A stretch of DNA of 64,000 nucleotides. Source: Malacoraja senta. Lineage: Eukaryota. Where the stretch lies: NCBI GenBank assembly GCA_038087875.1, contig CM075996.1, forward strand, positions 1,428,001 through 1,492,000, written 5' to 3'. The translations under genes were made by a program, and so were the position numbers. Of the stretch, positions 1 through 13,534 are shown piece after piece (the stretch's first letter is position 1; each line of letters begins with the position of its first letter). The notes below the pieces were generated by a model. That model had not been told where the DNA came from. It ran no database searches and saw only the letters and a program-made list of their open reading frames with translations.

Positions 1-2624
1 AAGATTCCATAGGGTACATAGGTCTGAAGAAGGGTCTCGACCCAAAACATCAAGCATTCCATCTCTCCAGAGATGCTGCCTGTCCCGTTGAGTTACTCCA
101 GCATTTTGTGTCTAATCTTTGGTGTAAACCAGCATCTGCAGTTCCCTCCTACACATTCCATAGGTACCAGCTGTTGTCATTGAGTTAACTCGTGTCTGAA
201 TATTAGCTGTGAGGATTTAACTATAGAGGGCATCAGAGAATCCTCGACTCTTCAAGATGAGCAGAAATTGATGGATGTTAGTACCTTGGATCAGTTTCTA
301 CTTCCTACCACATGATGCTTCATTGGGTAAAGAGTAGATCCTTTCCCATGGGGAGAAGCCTGGTTAGATTTGCTGCTTACTGCTGTCTGTAGATTCGACA
401 ATAGTTATAAAATTAGGAATGCAGAAAGTCAACGGCATCCCTAACTTTTTTTTTTCCTGCCTATCCTGACACAGCCGCATTCTGCAAAAGTCCTAGTGGC
501 ATTCAGGGTGAGAGCGGGAGGGTTTGAAGTGAATGGCCGGTTCTTGTGAGTGATTTCGGGAATCCTCCACTTGTGGTAACAGCCCATGTCGTGCTTGGGG
601 AAGTGAGCCTTTCAGCACTTGTTCTCCTTTTTCAGTTTTGTGAAAGTGTTTCCTTATTTTGCTAACATTTTCAATTGATCGCTTAACTTCCCCAGCTCAG
701 AGAGAAAGTTCAGTGGTTTTCATGCCCTGTGTGGTATCAGGTGTTATGTTCCCTACCTTACAATAGTGTGCATTGAGGCCTACCTGCATTGCAAAACCTA
801 GTCAGGTGCAGGTTCTGCAACTACTGAGCAAGGCCATAGCGGAACTGTCTTTCATTATCTACAGCCATTCACCCTAATACCTGTTTTTTTTAAATCCCTA
901 TTTTTGATTTAGTTCCCTATATTTGAGGTGTTTTGATGGGAATAAATAAAGAGAAATTGGTTTCTGAGGCAGTGTGGGAGGCTGGTGATTAATAACCACA
1001 TCATATAGATTTAATGTAATATTTCCTCTGGTATTTTAGCTAATTGTATTTTTTTTTTAAATGTAATAAATGATCTGCAATGCATTTTAAGTAGCTTGGG
1101 TTATAACTCTGAAAAGGGAATTGGATAACAAACTTGAACTTGTTAAATTTGAGGAAAGAATGCGACAGAGAGCCACATTGACTAGTTCTTTCGAAGGGCT
1201 GTCACAGCACGATGGGATGAATGGCATCTTCTGTTCCGTCTGGTTGTAGGACTTTTCATGTATTCTGGTGATAAGTGATAGGAGCCAGAATTAGGCCATT
1301 CGGCCCATCAAGTTTACGCCGCCAATCAATCACGGCTGATCTATCTCTCCCTGCTAACCCCACCCTCCTGCCTCCTACCCATAACCCCTGACACTCTCAA
1401 GAGTTACACAGAGTGATTCACCACTCCTCACTATCGTGTCACCATGTACCACTCTCACTTCCTAAAACAGTTACTCTGTAGCACCTTTGAGAGCCTGCCA
1501 GGCAGAAGTTGTGTAGGAAAGAACTGCAGATGCTGGTTTAAATCGAAAGTAGACACAAAATGCTGGAGTAACTCAGCGGGACAGGCCACATCTCTGGAGA
1601 GAAGGAACGGGTGGCGTTTCGGGTCGAGACCCTTCTTCAGACTGACGTCGGGAGTGGGCGGGACAGAGATAGAATGTAGTCGGAGACAGTAAGACTGGAG
1701 GGAGAACTGGGAAGGGGACGGGATGGAGAGAGAGAGGGAAAGCAAGGGCTATTTGAAGTTAGAGAAGTCAATGTTCATACAGCTGGGGTGGAAGCTGCCC
1801 AAGCGAAATATGAGGTGTTGTTCCTGCAATTAGCGCTGGGCCTCACTCTGACAATAGAGTGCTGGCTATATTGACGACTGCAAGATCGAGACAACACAAA
1901 TCTCTGTCATGTAGAGCTTTAACAGCCTGAATATGGGCATGTTCCTAAAAACGCCTGATGAAGAATGTGCAGAACTTGCTGTCGCCCCATAACCATGTAG
2001 CATAAGGAAAATCTCAGAAAAAGAAAAAACGGTTCAACTATTCTCATTTGTGGAAGCAAATTCATCTTTTTTTCTCTGCTCAAAATGTTTCCTTTAAAAA
2101 GTCAGCACTCCCTAGTTTCTCTCTGTATATCTGTTTCTTTTAATATCTTCTCTAACATTTAGCAGGATGCTCCTTCGGAAAGTACCCTGACGTAGTTTTA
2201 GTTTGAAACTCCAGACATTAGCCATTTGCGCTACATCTGCTGTATCCTTGACTCACAGGGAACAATCTGTGGTGAAGGCAAGTACAGTGACAATATGTCA
2301 TTGGGCAGGTACATGTCATTGGGCAGGTACATGGATAAGAAAGCTTTGAAGGGATATGGGCCCATTGCAGGCAAATGGGACCAGCGCAGAAGAGTCACTT
2401 GACATAGACACAGAGTGCTGGAGTAACTCAGCACAGGGAGCATCTCTGGAGAGAAGGTTTCATGCCGAGGACCTTCACTTGTTCACTATGGACCAATGGA
2501 TAATATTTGCTAGATTTCTTGGTTCCTCTTCTATGGGACATTCTTTTGAATACAAAAGATAGATTTTTAAAAATATTTAAATATTTCTATTATTAAACGT
2601 TTATTTGATTAATTGCAGTTTTTT

Positions 2625-2655
<31 letters not shown>

Positions 2656-2673
2656 CTCCCTCCCTCTCTGTAG

Positions 2674-2806
2674 GATCCGATCTATGTTCTGGAGAACAAC
2701 ATTCCAATTGACACGCAGTATTATTTGGAGCAGCAGCTTGCAAAACCCCTCTTGAGAATCTTTGAGCCCATCCTGGGAGAAGCCAAAGCTGAGGCTGTGC
2801 TTTTGA
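2674..2806 (+). CDS. POLD1: DNA polymerase delta catalytic subunit, internal exon (fifth from last)
   Basis: Pyrimidine tract and TAG acceptor, GTGAGT donor. Translates [44 protein letters not shown], matching vertebrate POLD1. 133 bp, phase 0 to 1. Confidence 0.97.
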
Positions 2807-3838
2807 GTGAGTGATCTTTAACCAGACTCTGTTGCAGTGACCACCTCCGATGTAGCAGTATTAATGCCAAAGGTGGTTTTTGTTGACGTTTGACTTTCGG
2901 GGGTGTTTGATGGCACTGGGCCTCTACTCTATTTTACTCAGTTTCTACTCGCTGGAGTTTAGAAGGATGAGGGGGACCTCATTGAAACTTACTGAATAGT
3001 GAAAGGCCTGGATAGAGTGGATGTGGAGAGGATGTTTCCACTAGTGGGAGAGTGTAGGACCAGAGGACACACCCTCAGAATTAAAGGACGTTCCTTTTGG
3101 AAGGAGATGAGGAGGAATTTATTTAGCCACAGGGTGGTGAATCTGTGGAATTCGTTGCCACAGACGGCTGTGGAGGCCAAGTCAATGAATTTTTTAAGAT
3201 GGCAATTAAAAAATTCTTGATTAGTGCGAGTGTCGTGGGTTATGGGGAGAAGGCAGGAGAATGGGGTTGAGGGAAAGATAAATTAGTCACGATTGAATGG
3301 CAGAATAGTTGGTCTACCACATGCATTCTTATTTTGATTGTCACCTCCAGTTGGGCTTCTGAAGCGAAGGGCCTGTTTCCACGTTGTATCACTCTATGAC
3401 CCAGACACCTTAGCATTGAGTGGAGGCAAGCTGCTGGAGTAACTCAGCATGTCAGGGAGCATCTCCGGATGGTGACATCTCAGGGTCGGGTGCCTCCTTC
3501 AGACTGATTGTGGAGGGAGGGGGGGGAAGAAAGCTGGAAGAGAGGAGGTGCAGGACAAAGGTGATGGGTGGTTACAGGTTGAGGTTTTTTGACAGGGCCC
3601 TGTACAACTGCAGAAGGACCTCTTTGCTCCTATACTCAATTACCTGTTACTTGTTTCCCAACCGTGGAAGGAGGTTGGAGAGACCAGACTGGACAGATAA
3701 CATGAGAAATATATTTAAAGGAATCAGCTTCAAGAGAAACTATATCAAATTCGGATTTAATTTGAAACAGGCTAGTTGTGGTTCCCGTTTGTTGAACCTT
3801 TAAAGGTATTAATTTCACTTTTTGTTTGTTTTTTGTAG

Positions 3839-3952
3839 AGGGAGAGCACACGAGATGCAAAACTGTGTTGACGTCAAAAGTGGGAGGTCTTATGGCCTTT
3901 GCAAAGAAAAGAAGCACATGTATAGGATGCAAAGCTGTTTTGAATGATGGCG
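3839..3952 (+). CDS. POLD1: POLD1 exon, start of the CysA metal-binding motif
   Basis: ttttgtag acceptor, GTAAGG donor. (K)[37 protein letters not shown]. 114 bp, in frame with the previous exon. Confidence 0.97.
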
Positions 3953-4232
3953 GTAAGGGTCAAAAACAACGATGACTGATTTATAAATAACAGTGCAGTT
4001 TTGGTTCCTCTGAGACGTGTTAAATGCACTTCAGAGGTTGGGCAAGAAGTTCCTTCGCTTTGATGAGGGTGTTGAACGGCACCCAGCATGTGAGGGCAGT
4101 CGTGGACTCGAAGGGCCGGTTTCCATGGTATCTCTTGGGAAGGGATAAATAACAATGGCAGGTCTCCAAGGTTGACAGCAGAAGACATGAATGACAAGAC
4201 AATTGTCACCTCTTGCTCTTTACTACTCTACT

Positions 4233-4540
4233 GGGCATCACGGTGGCGCAGCGGTAGAGCTACTGCCTCACAACGCCAGAGACCCGGGTTGGATCCTGAC
4301 TACGGGTGCTGTCTGTAGGGAGTTTGCATGTTCTCCCTGTGACCCGCGTGGGTTTTCACCGAGACCTTCGGTTTCCTCCCACACTCCAAAGACGTGCAGG
4401 TTTGTCGGTTAATTGGCTTGGTATAAATGTAAAATTGTCCTTAGTGTGTGTAGGATAGTGTTAATGTGCGGGGATCACTGGTTGGTGTGAACTCGGTGGG
4501 CTGAAGGGTCTGTTTCCGCGCTGTATCTCTAAACAAAACT
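4233..4540 (+). mobile_element. tRNA-derived V-SINE (HE1-like), representative copy
   Basis: A-box ggtggcgcagcggtag, B-box-like ggttggatcc, V-domain gtttgcatgttctccctgtg and a CR1/HER1-like tail. Other copies at about 18260-18548 (-), 22545-22810 (-), 23068-23340 (+), 30808-31095 (-), 35820-36130 (-), 37285-37572 (-), 48770-49055 (-), 49232-49535 (+), 56650-56860 (+), 59818-60128 (-) and 63360-63632 (-). Confidence 0.88.
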
Positions 4541-6126
4541 ACACGATAACTTCCAGCATTTTATTAAATCTAATTAATAAGACAATAGACAATAGGTGCA
4601 GGAGTAGGCCATTTGGCCCTTCCAGCCAGCACCACCATTCAATGTGATCATGGCTGATCATCCCCAATCAGTACCCCTTTCCTGCCTTCTCCCCATATCC
4701 CCTGACTCCGCTATCTATAAGAGCCCTATCTAGCTCTCTCTTAAAAGAATCCAGAGAACCTGCCTCCACCGCCCTCTGAGGCAGAGAATTCCACAGACTC
4801 ACCACTCTCTGTGTGAAAAAGTGTTTCCTCATCTCCGTTCTAAATGGCTTACCCCTTATTCTTCAACTGTGTGAGGCCCCTGGTTCTAGACTCCCCCAGC
4901 ATCGGGAACATGTTTCCTGCCTCTAGTGTGTCCAAACCCTTCATAAGGATTGAAGGATGGGTGAGCGTGAAGCGGGAGAGACCCACGCTGCTCCTTAGTT
5001 CTTTGTCTATTGAAGGAAGACTCACCAGTCACATTGTGACCTGGCCTGAATTACAAGAACTGAGTTTGAGATTAAACATTGTTAATTCAGAAACAAGGGT
5101 CCTGAACTTAAAGAAAGGTGACTTTGAGGGTATGAGACGTGAATTGGCCAAGATAGACTGGCAAATGATTCTTAAAGGGTTGACGGTGGATATGCAATGG
5201 AAGGCATTTAAAAACTGCATGGATGAACTACAAAAATTGTTCATCCCAGTTTGGCAAAAGAATAAATCGGGGAAGGTAGTGCATCCGTGGATAACAAGAG
5301 AAATCAGGGATAGTATCAAAACAAAAGATGAAGCGTACAAATTAGCCAGTAAAAACAGCCTACCAGAGTGGGAGAAATTCAGAGTCCAGCAGAGGAGGAC
5401 AAAAGGCTTGATTAGGAAAGGGAAAATAGATTATGAAAGAAAAATGGCAGGGAACATAAAAACTGACTCCAAAAGTTGTTATAGATATGTGAAGAGGAAA
5501 AGATTAGTTAAAACAAATGTAGGTCCCTTGCAGTCAGAAACAGGCGAATTGCTCATGGGGAACAAGGACATGGCAGACCAATTGAATAACTACTTTGGTT
5601 CTGTCTTCACTAAGGAAGACATAAATAATCTGCCGGAAATAGCAAGGGACCGGGGATTAAATGAGATGGAGGAACTGCGTGAAATCCAGGTTAGCCGGGA
5701 AGTGGTGTTAGGTAAATTGAATGGATTAAAGGCCGATAAATCCCCAGGGCCAGATAAGTTGCATCCCAGAGTACTTAAGGAAGTAGCCGCAGAAATAGTG
5801 GATGCATTAGTGATAATTTTTCAAAACTCTTTAGATTCTGGAGTAGTTCCTGAGGACTGGAGGGTAGCTAATGTAACCCCACTTTTTAAAAAGGGAAGGA
5901 GAGAGAAAACGGGGAATTACAGACCAGTTAGTCTAACATCAGTGGTGGGGAAAATTCTGGAGTCAGTTATTAAAGATGGGATAGCAGCACATTTGGAAAG
6001 TGGTGAATTCATTGGACAAAGTCAGCATGGATTTATGAAAGGTAAATCATGTCTGACGAATCTTATAGAATTTTTCGAGGATGTAACTAGTAGAGTGGAT
6101 AAGGGAGAACCAGTGGATGTGTTATA

Positions 6127-8837
6127 ACCATATAACCATATAACAATTTCAGCACGGAAACAGGCCATCTCGACCGTTCTAGTCCGTGCCGAACACGTAT
6201 TCTCCCCTAGTCCCATATACCTGCGCTCAGACCATAACCCTCCATTCCTTTCCCGTCCATATAACTATCCAATTTATTTTTAAATGATAAAAACGAACCT
6301 GCCTCCACTACCTTCACTGGAAGCTCATTCCACACAGCCACCACTCTCTGAGTAAAGAAGTTCCCCCTCATGTTACCCCTAAACTTCTGTCCCTTAATTC
6401 TCAAGTCATGTCCCCTTGTTTGAATCTTCCCTACTCAGTGGGAAAAGCTTATCCACGTCAACTCTGTCTATCCCTCTCATCATTTTAAAGACCTCTATCA
6501 AGTCCCCCCTTAACCTTCTGCGCTCCAAAGAATAAAGCCCTAACTTGTTCAACCTTTCTCTGTAACTTAGTTGCTGAAACCCAGGCAACATTCTAGTAAA
6601 TCTCCTCTGTACTCTCTCTATTTTGTTGACATCCTTCCTATAATTAGGCGACCAAAATTGTACACCATACTCCAGAATTGGCCTCACCATTGCCTTGTAC
6701 AATTTTAACATTACGTCCCAACTTATATACTCAATGCTCTGATTTATAAAAGCCAGCACACCAAAAGCTTTCTTTACCACCCTATCTACATGAGATTCCA
6801 CTTTCAGGGAACTGTGCACAGTTATTCCAAGATCCCTCTGTTCACCTGCATTCTTCAATTCCCTACCATTTACCATGTACGTCCTATTTTGATTTGTCCT
6901 GCCAAGATGTAGCACCTCACACTTATCAGCATTAAACTCCATCTGCCATCTTTCAGCCCACTCTTCCAATCGGCATAAATCTCTCTGTAGACTTTGAAAA
7001 TCTACTTCATTATCCACAGCCCCACCTATCTTAATATCATCTGCATACTTACTAATCCAATTTACCACACCATCATCCAGATCATTGATGTACATGACAA
7101 ACAACAGTGGACCCAACACAGATCCCTGTGGCACCCCACTAGTCACTAGCCTCCAACCTGACAAACAACCATCCACCATTACTCTCTGGCATCTCCCATT
7201 CAGCCACTGTTGAATCCATCTTGCTACCATTAATACCCAACCATTGAACCTTCTTAACCAACCTTCTGTGAGGAACCTTGTCAAAGGCCTTACTGAAGTC
7301 CATATATACAATATCCACGGCTTTACCCTCATCAATTTCCCGAGTAACCTCTTCAAAAAATTCAAGAAGATTAGTTAAACATGACCTTCCAGGCACAAAT
7401 CCATGTTGACTGTTCCTAATCAGCCCCTGTTTATCCAGATGCTTATATATATTATCTCTAAGTATCCTTTCCATTAATTTGCCCACCACTGACGTCAAAC
7501 TAACAGGTCTATAATTGCTAGGTTTACTCTTAGACCCCTTTTTAAACAATGGAACAACATGCGCAGTACGCCAATCCTCCAGCACCATTGCCGTTTCCAA
7601 TGACATTTGAAATATTTCTGTCATAGCCCCTGCTATTTCTACACTAACTTCCCTCAATGTCCTAGGGAATATCCTGTCCGGACCTGGAGACTTATCCACT
7701 TTTATATTTCTCAGAAGTGTCAGTACTTCCTCTTCTTTGAATCTCATAGTTTCCATAGCTACTCTACTTGTTTCCCTTACCTCACATAATTCAATATCCT
7801 TCTCCTTGGTGAATACCGAAGAAAAGAAATTGTTCAATATCTCCCCCATCTCTTTTGGCTCTGCAGATAGCTGTCCACTCTGACTCTCTAATGGACCAAT
7901 TTTATCCCTCGTTATCCTTTTGCTATTAATATAACTGTAGAAACCCTTTGGATTTACTTTCACCTTACTTGCCAAAGCAACATCATATCTTCTTTTAGCT
8001 TTTCTAATTTCTTTCTTAAGACACTTTTTACATTTTTTATACTCCTCAAGCACCTCATTTACTCCATGCTGCCTATAATTATTGTAGATCTCTCGCTTTT
8101 TCCGAACTAAGTGTCCAATTTCCCTTGAAAACCATGGCTCTTTCCAATTTTTACTATTTCCTTTCAACCGAACAGGGACATAAAGATTCTGTACTCTTAA
8201 AATTTCACCTTTAAATGTCCTCCATTTCTCTTCCACATTTTCCCCATAAAACAAACTGTCCCAATTTACTCCTTTTAAATCCTTTCGCATCTCCTCAAAG
8301 TTAGCCTTTCTCCAATCAAAAATCTCAACCCTAGGTCCAGTTCTGACCCTCTCCATAATTATATTGAAACTAATGGTATTGTGATCACTGGTCCCGAACT
8401 GTTCCCCAACGCATACCTCTGCCACCTGACCCGTCTCATTTCCTAACAGGAGGTCCAGCACCGCCCCTTCTCTAGTAGGTACTTCTATGTATTGCTGCAA
8501 AAAACTATCCTGCACACAGAATGTGTTTCCCAGTCTATGTGTGGAAAATTGAAATCTCCCACAATCACTACCTTGTGCTTACTACTAATATCTGCAATCT
8601 CCTTACATATTTGCTCCTCCAATTCTCGCTCCCCATTTGGCGGTCTATAATACACCCCTATGAGTGTTGCTACCCCTTTCCCATTTCTCAGTTCCACCCA
8701 AATAGCCTCCCTAGAAGAGCCCTCTAATCTATCCTGCCAAAGCACTGCTGTAATATCTTCCCTGATAAGCAATGCAACACCTCCACCTCTTGCCCCTCCA
8801 ATTCTATCACACCTGAAGCAACGAAATCCTGGAATAT
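6127..8837 (-). mobile_element. Second CR1 subfamily inserted antisense within the first (EN fragment plus RT)
   Basis: ORFs 8485-8877 (YRPP, GDFN endonuclease motifs), 7139-8515 and 6406-7365 (YADD). (TTATATGG)n tail near 6127, with ttata repeated at both junctions. Confidence 0.92.
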
Positions 8838-9538
8838 TTATATCTGGACTTTCAGAAGGCATTCGACAAGGTCCCACATAAGAGATTAGTATGCAAACTT
8901 AAAGCACACGGTATTGGGGGTTCAGTATTGATGTGGATAGAGAACTGGCTGGCAGACAGGAAACAAAGAGTAGGAGTAAACGGGTCCTTTTCAGAATGGC
9001 AGGCAGTGACTAGTGGGGTACCGCAAGGCTCAGTGCTGGGATCCCAGCTATTTACAATATATATTAATGATCTGGATGAGGGAATTGAATGCAACATCTC
9101 CAAGTTTGCGGATGACACGAAGCTGGGGGGCAGTGTTAGCTGTGAGGAGGATGCTAGGAGGCTGCAAGGTGACTTGGATAGGTTGGGTGAGTGGGCAGCT
9201 GCAGTATAATGTGGATAAATGTGAGGTTATCCACTTTGTTGGCAAAAACAGGAAAGTAGACTATTATCTGAATGGTGGCCGATTAGGAAAAGGGGAGATG
9301 CAACGAGACCTGGGTGTCATGGTACACCAGTCATTGAAAGTAGGCATGCAGGTGCAGCAGGCAGTGAAGAAAGCAAATGGTATGTTAGCATTCATAGCAA
9401 AAGGATTTGAGTATAAGAGCAGGGAGGTTCTACTGCAGTTGTACAGGGTCTTGGTGAGACCACACCTGGAGTATTGCGTACAGTTTTGGTCTCCTAATCT
9501 GAGGAAAGACATTCTTGCCATAGAGGGAGTACAGAGAA

Positions 9539-10209
9539 ATCTCTTCCCTGCACGGGAGACCCGACCTTTTCCCTGTCGGGTCTCCGTTGTCGTTGTCGTT
9601 GGGGCCTAGCTCCGTGGAGCGGCCTCCGACCGGGACGACCTGGGGGCTCCAGTCGCGGAGCCTGTGGAGCTGCGGACTCACCATCGTGGGCTGGCCGGCC
9701 TCGGAGCGTGAGGAGCGGTGGTGGCTCGTTGCTGCGGCCCGACTCCGGAGCTCCAGCTGCAGACCCGTGGACGGTGATATCGGGAGTTCGCGGGTCCGGG
9801 TGGGAGACCGCTTTCCGGAGCTCCCGCAACGCAACTTCTCCAGCTCGAGTCGCGGGGTTGGAACGACCGGAGCGGGGCCGTAAATCCAGCGCCCGCCGGG
9901 GGCTCCAACTTTGTGACTTTTGGGCCCGGAGCGAAGCTGTACACCGCTCGGCGCGGCCTCAACGGCCGTGGGACTTAACATTGCCCGCCTGGGGCTTCAA
10001 CATCGGGAGAAAAATGGGGCAGGGGAGAGAAAAGACTTTGCCTTCCATCACAGTGAGGAGGAGATTCACTGTGATGGATGTTTTTCTGTAAATTGAATTG
10101 TTTGTGTGTCTTGTAGGAATTGTTTTGTTTGTATGGCTGTGGAAACAGAGTTTCGTTTGAGCCTCTTTGAGGTTCAAATGACAAGAATTAAATCAAATCA
10201 AATCAAATC
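9539..10209 (+). mobile_element. GC-rich retroposon 3' fragment with (AATCA)n tail, inserted in CR1
   Basis: Splits the CR1 sequence gtacagagaa|ggttcacc and ends in aaatcaaatcaaatcaaatc. The catcacagtgaggagg motif is shared with 32750-32990 (+) and 50520-50695 (-). Confidence 0.65.
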
Positions 10210-12649
10210 AGAAGGTTCACCAGACTGATTCCCGTGATGGCAGGACTTTCATATGAAGAAAGACTGGATAGACTTGGCTTGTACACGCTAGAATTTAGAA
10301 GATTGAGGGGGGATCTTATAGAAACGTACAAAATTCTTAAGGGGTTGGACAGGCTAGATGCAGGAAGATTATTCCCGATTTTGGGGAAGTCCAGAACTAG
10401 GGGTCACAGTTTAAGGATAAGAGGGAAGTCTTTTAGGACCGAGATGAGAAAATCATTTTTTACACAGAGCTTGGTGAATCTGTGGAATTCTCTGCCACAG
10501 AAGGTAGTTGAGGCCAGTTCATTGGCTATATTTAAGAGGGAGTTAGATGTGGCCCTTGTGGCTAAAGGGATCAGGGGGTATGGAGAGAAGGCAGGTACGG
10601 GATACTGAGTTGGATGATCAGCCATGATCATATTGAATGGCGGTGCAGGCTCGAAGGGCCAAATGGCCTACTCCTGCACCTATTTTCTATGTTTACATAT
10701 TCACATATTGTGTTGTGCTGCAGCAAGTAAGAATTTCATTGTCCCGTCCGGGACATATGACAATAAAACACTCTTGACTCGTGTTGCAGCTGGTCTATAT
10801 CTATGACCTGATTTGAAAAACATAATGTAACAAATCTCTTCTGGTGTTTAATGTCCATGTTGTCCCTGTCTGCATGAGTTCCAAGGCCTTGGTGCTTGGT
10901 TCCAGTTTGGGTAGAACTTGACTCGTGTGTGAAGTTGGAACCTATCCAGAACACTGTCATGCCAAGCAGGTCATCTTGTGGCTCAGTGGTCTTGTGTAGT
11001 GTGGCCACATGTCTTTTGCTAGTTTGTCATCACTAATTATCTCGCTAACTACACTTCTTGTCTTTCCTTGCTTCTATTTCTCTCTGGGCCAAAGTGACAA
11101 CTCTCTAAGATCAACATCCAGCAGCTGAAATTAAATTTGGATAGATGTCAAGGTGGTGTTCTGTAATTATGTTTATGTATATTTTCTGAATTGGAACAAA
11201 TGTTCGTTTTCTTTGGGAAATGAGAGCCCCCACCAGATGTTGTTGCTATGGCGATTTGGGAACTGGTGGTGAGTGGAGTGAATGATCTGTGTCGGGGGAA
11301 AGATGGAGTACATGGACCACAGAAAGGGAAGCTAAAATAGGTCAGTGACTCATCTTGGCTGGGCCTCTTCCAGCAGCTGGTTGGAGATCAGTTGCCAAGA
11401 AGTGTTGTGGAAACAGATTGTCTGGCCACCGCATCAAGGGGTGGAGATGGAGGGGTTGGGATGGGGGTTGGGAGAGGTCGTGGCCTCTGTTAGGTTCATT
11501 GGCAATAGACAATAGGTGCAGGAGGAGGCCATTTGGCCCTTCGAGCCAGCACCGCCATTCAATGTGATCATGGCTGATCATCCCCAATCAGTACCCCGTT
11601 CCTGCCTTTTCCCCATATCCCCTGACTCCGCTATTTTTAAGAGCCCTATCCAGCTCTCTCTTGAAAGCATCCAGAGAACCTGCCTAGAACGCCCTCTGAG
11701 GCAGAGAATTCCACAGACTCACCACTCTCTGTGAGAAAAAGTGTTTCCTCATCTCCGTTCTAAATGGCTTACCCCTTATTCTTGAACTGTGGCCCCTGGT
11801 TCTGGACTCCCCCAACATCGGGAACATGTTTCCTGCCTCTAGCGTGTCCAAGCCCTTAACAATCTTATATGTTTCAATAAGATAGCCTCTCATCCTTCTA
11901 AACTCCAGAGTGTACAAGCCCAGCTGCTCCATTCTCTCAGCATATGACAGTCCCGCCATCCCGGGAATTAACCTTGTAGATTGACACAAAGTGATGGTGT
12001 AACTAAGTGGGTCAGGCAGCATCTCTGGAGAACAAGGACACGTGACATTTCTGGTCAGGACCTTTCTTCAGACCAATTATTGGGTACTTATGCTTTAGGA
12101 GAAAGCTTCAGATGTGTAACTTGTTGGGCATGAGTAATTCAGTGGAATTTTGTCCAAGCATTAGCACACTGCTTAACATAATACTGCATAAGGAGGTTTA
12201 TAGGGTGGGAGGCTGCTAAACCAGGCAGAAACCTTTGAAGCAGAGAGGCTGTAGGTTTTATGACGAAAAGTGCAGTTATTTAGGAAAAAAAATAAGGGAC
12301 TGTCAACATTATTCTGTGCTCAGCTCTGAAACGTTGTTAATTTTCAATATGTACTAATGTTTGGAGTCTCACCTATTTTTCCCCACCCTTTCCACCTACA
12401 TTCCTTCCACCAGCTTCACATTGTACAACTCTTCAATCCTTTTGTCTCACACTTCCATCTTTTCGCCTCTGATCTTTGTCCACCATCCTATCAAAAACAC
12501 TTTGTCTATATCAACCTAATAAGTGCCACATCGCCTCTGATCTTTGTCCACCATCCTATCAAAAACACTCTTTGTCTGTATCAACCTAATAAGTGCCCCT
12601 TCTCTTCCAGATTTCTCACCCCCCCCCCACCAATCAGTCTAGACACAAA

Positions 12650-13165
12650 ACGTCACCTATCCATGTCTCCAGAGATGCTGCCTGACCCGCTGAGTTACAC
12701 CAGCACTCTGTGAAACGTCACCTATCCATGTTCTCCACAGATGCTGCCTGACCCGCTGAGTTACTCCAGCACTCTGTGAAACGTCACCGATCCATGTTCT
12801 CCACAGATGCTGCCTGACCCGCTGAGTTACTCCAGCACTCTGTGAAACGTCACCTATCCATGTTCTCCAGAGATGCTGCCTGACCCGCTGAGTTACTCCA
12901 GCACTCTGTGAAACGTCACCTATCCATGTTCTCCACAGATGCTGCCTGACCCGCTGAGTTACTCCAGCACTCTGTGAAACGTCACCTATCCATGTTCTCC
13001 ACAGATGCTGCCAGACCCGCTGAGTTACTCCAGCACTCTGTGAAACGTCACCTATCCATGTTCTCCACAGATGCTGCCTGACCCGCTGAGTTACTCCAGC
13101 ACTCTGAAACATCACCTATCCATGTTCTCCACAGATGCTGCCTGACCCGCTGAGTTACTCCAGTA
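12650..13165 (+). repeat. 66-bp Penelope-pLTR-derived tandem satellite (about 8 units)
   Basis: Unit tgaaacgtcacctatccatgttctccacagatgctgcctgacccgctgagttactccagcactctg. Arrays also at about 15527-15790, 27045-27472, 32042-32337, 37943-38140, 41240-41440, 42120-43100 and 59545-59800. Confidence 0.92.
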
Positions 13166-13534
13166 ATTTGTCTCTTTATTTGTGGGGAAAAGAATAATCA
13201 GGTTTTGAGTTGAATTTATTCAGGCGGACTCTCACTGGAGCTTCACATTCTCCCCGCTGATGCCGACTGGACTGACGGGCTGGAGTTTCCCTTGTTCTAG
13301 AATAGAAGGCTTGCAGCCCAAAGTCTCCTTGCGTGTCTCTCATTTCCCGTGGTCAGGCCGGAGGCTGAGCAGTTCCTCATTCTGAAAGTTTGTTCTCCAA
13401 TATCACTCAGAATTTTCCTGACACCACATCATGGGATTACAAATGGAGAGAAGGGGGCAGTGAGCACTGAGGGAGGACATGAAAGAAAAGCCCGCAGGAA
13501 AGAGATCATTTGTGTGATGTCAAATGTATTGTGA

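Larger units (their letters stand above)
5085..10692 (+). mobile_element. CR1-clade LINE (5'-truncated ORF2), interrupted by two insertions
   Basis: ORF2 pieces at 5085-6126 (KSPGPD, NYRPVSLTS, QHGF), 8838-9538 ([13 protein letters not shown]) and 10210-10692 (3' end and tail) join colinearly. Confidence 0.92.

Noticed and set aside
4233..4310. tRNA gene
   Set aside because: It is the tRNA-derived head of a V-SINE followed by the SINE body; it lacks a complete cloverleaf.
4844..8515. Intact autonomous LINE or domesticated RT gene
   Set aside because: Both CR1 copies are 5'-truncated, frameshifted or interrupted.
9430..10091. Multiple overlapping GC-rich ORFs suggesting a gene or CpG-island promoter
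   Set aside because: The sequence is an insertion splitting a CR1 and has a retroposon tail; stop-poor frames reflect GC content.
12657..13115. CRISPR-like array or repeat protein (QSAGVTQRVRQHLWRTWIGDVS)n
   Set aside because: The units are head-to-tail with no unique spacers, and the ORF exists only because 66 is divisible by 3. It is a eukaryotic satellite.
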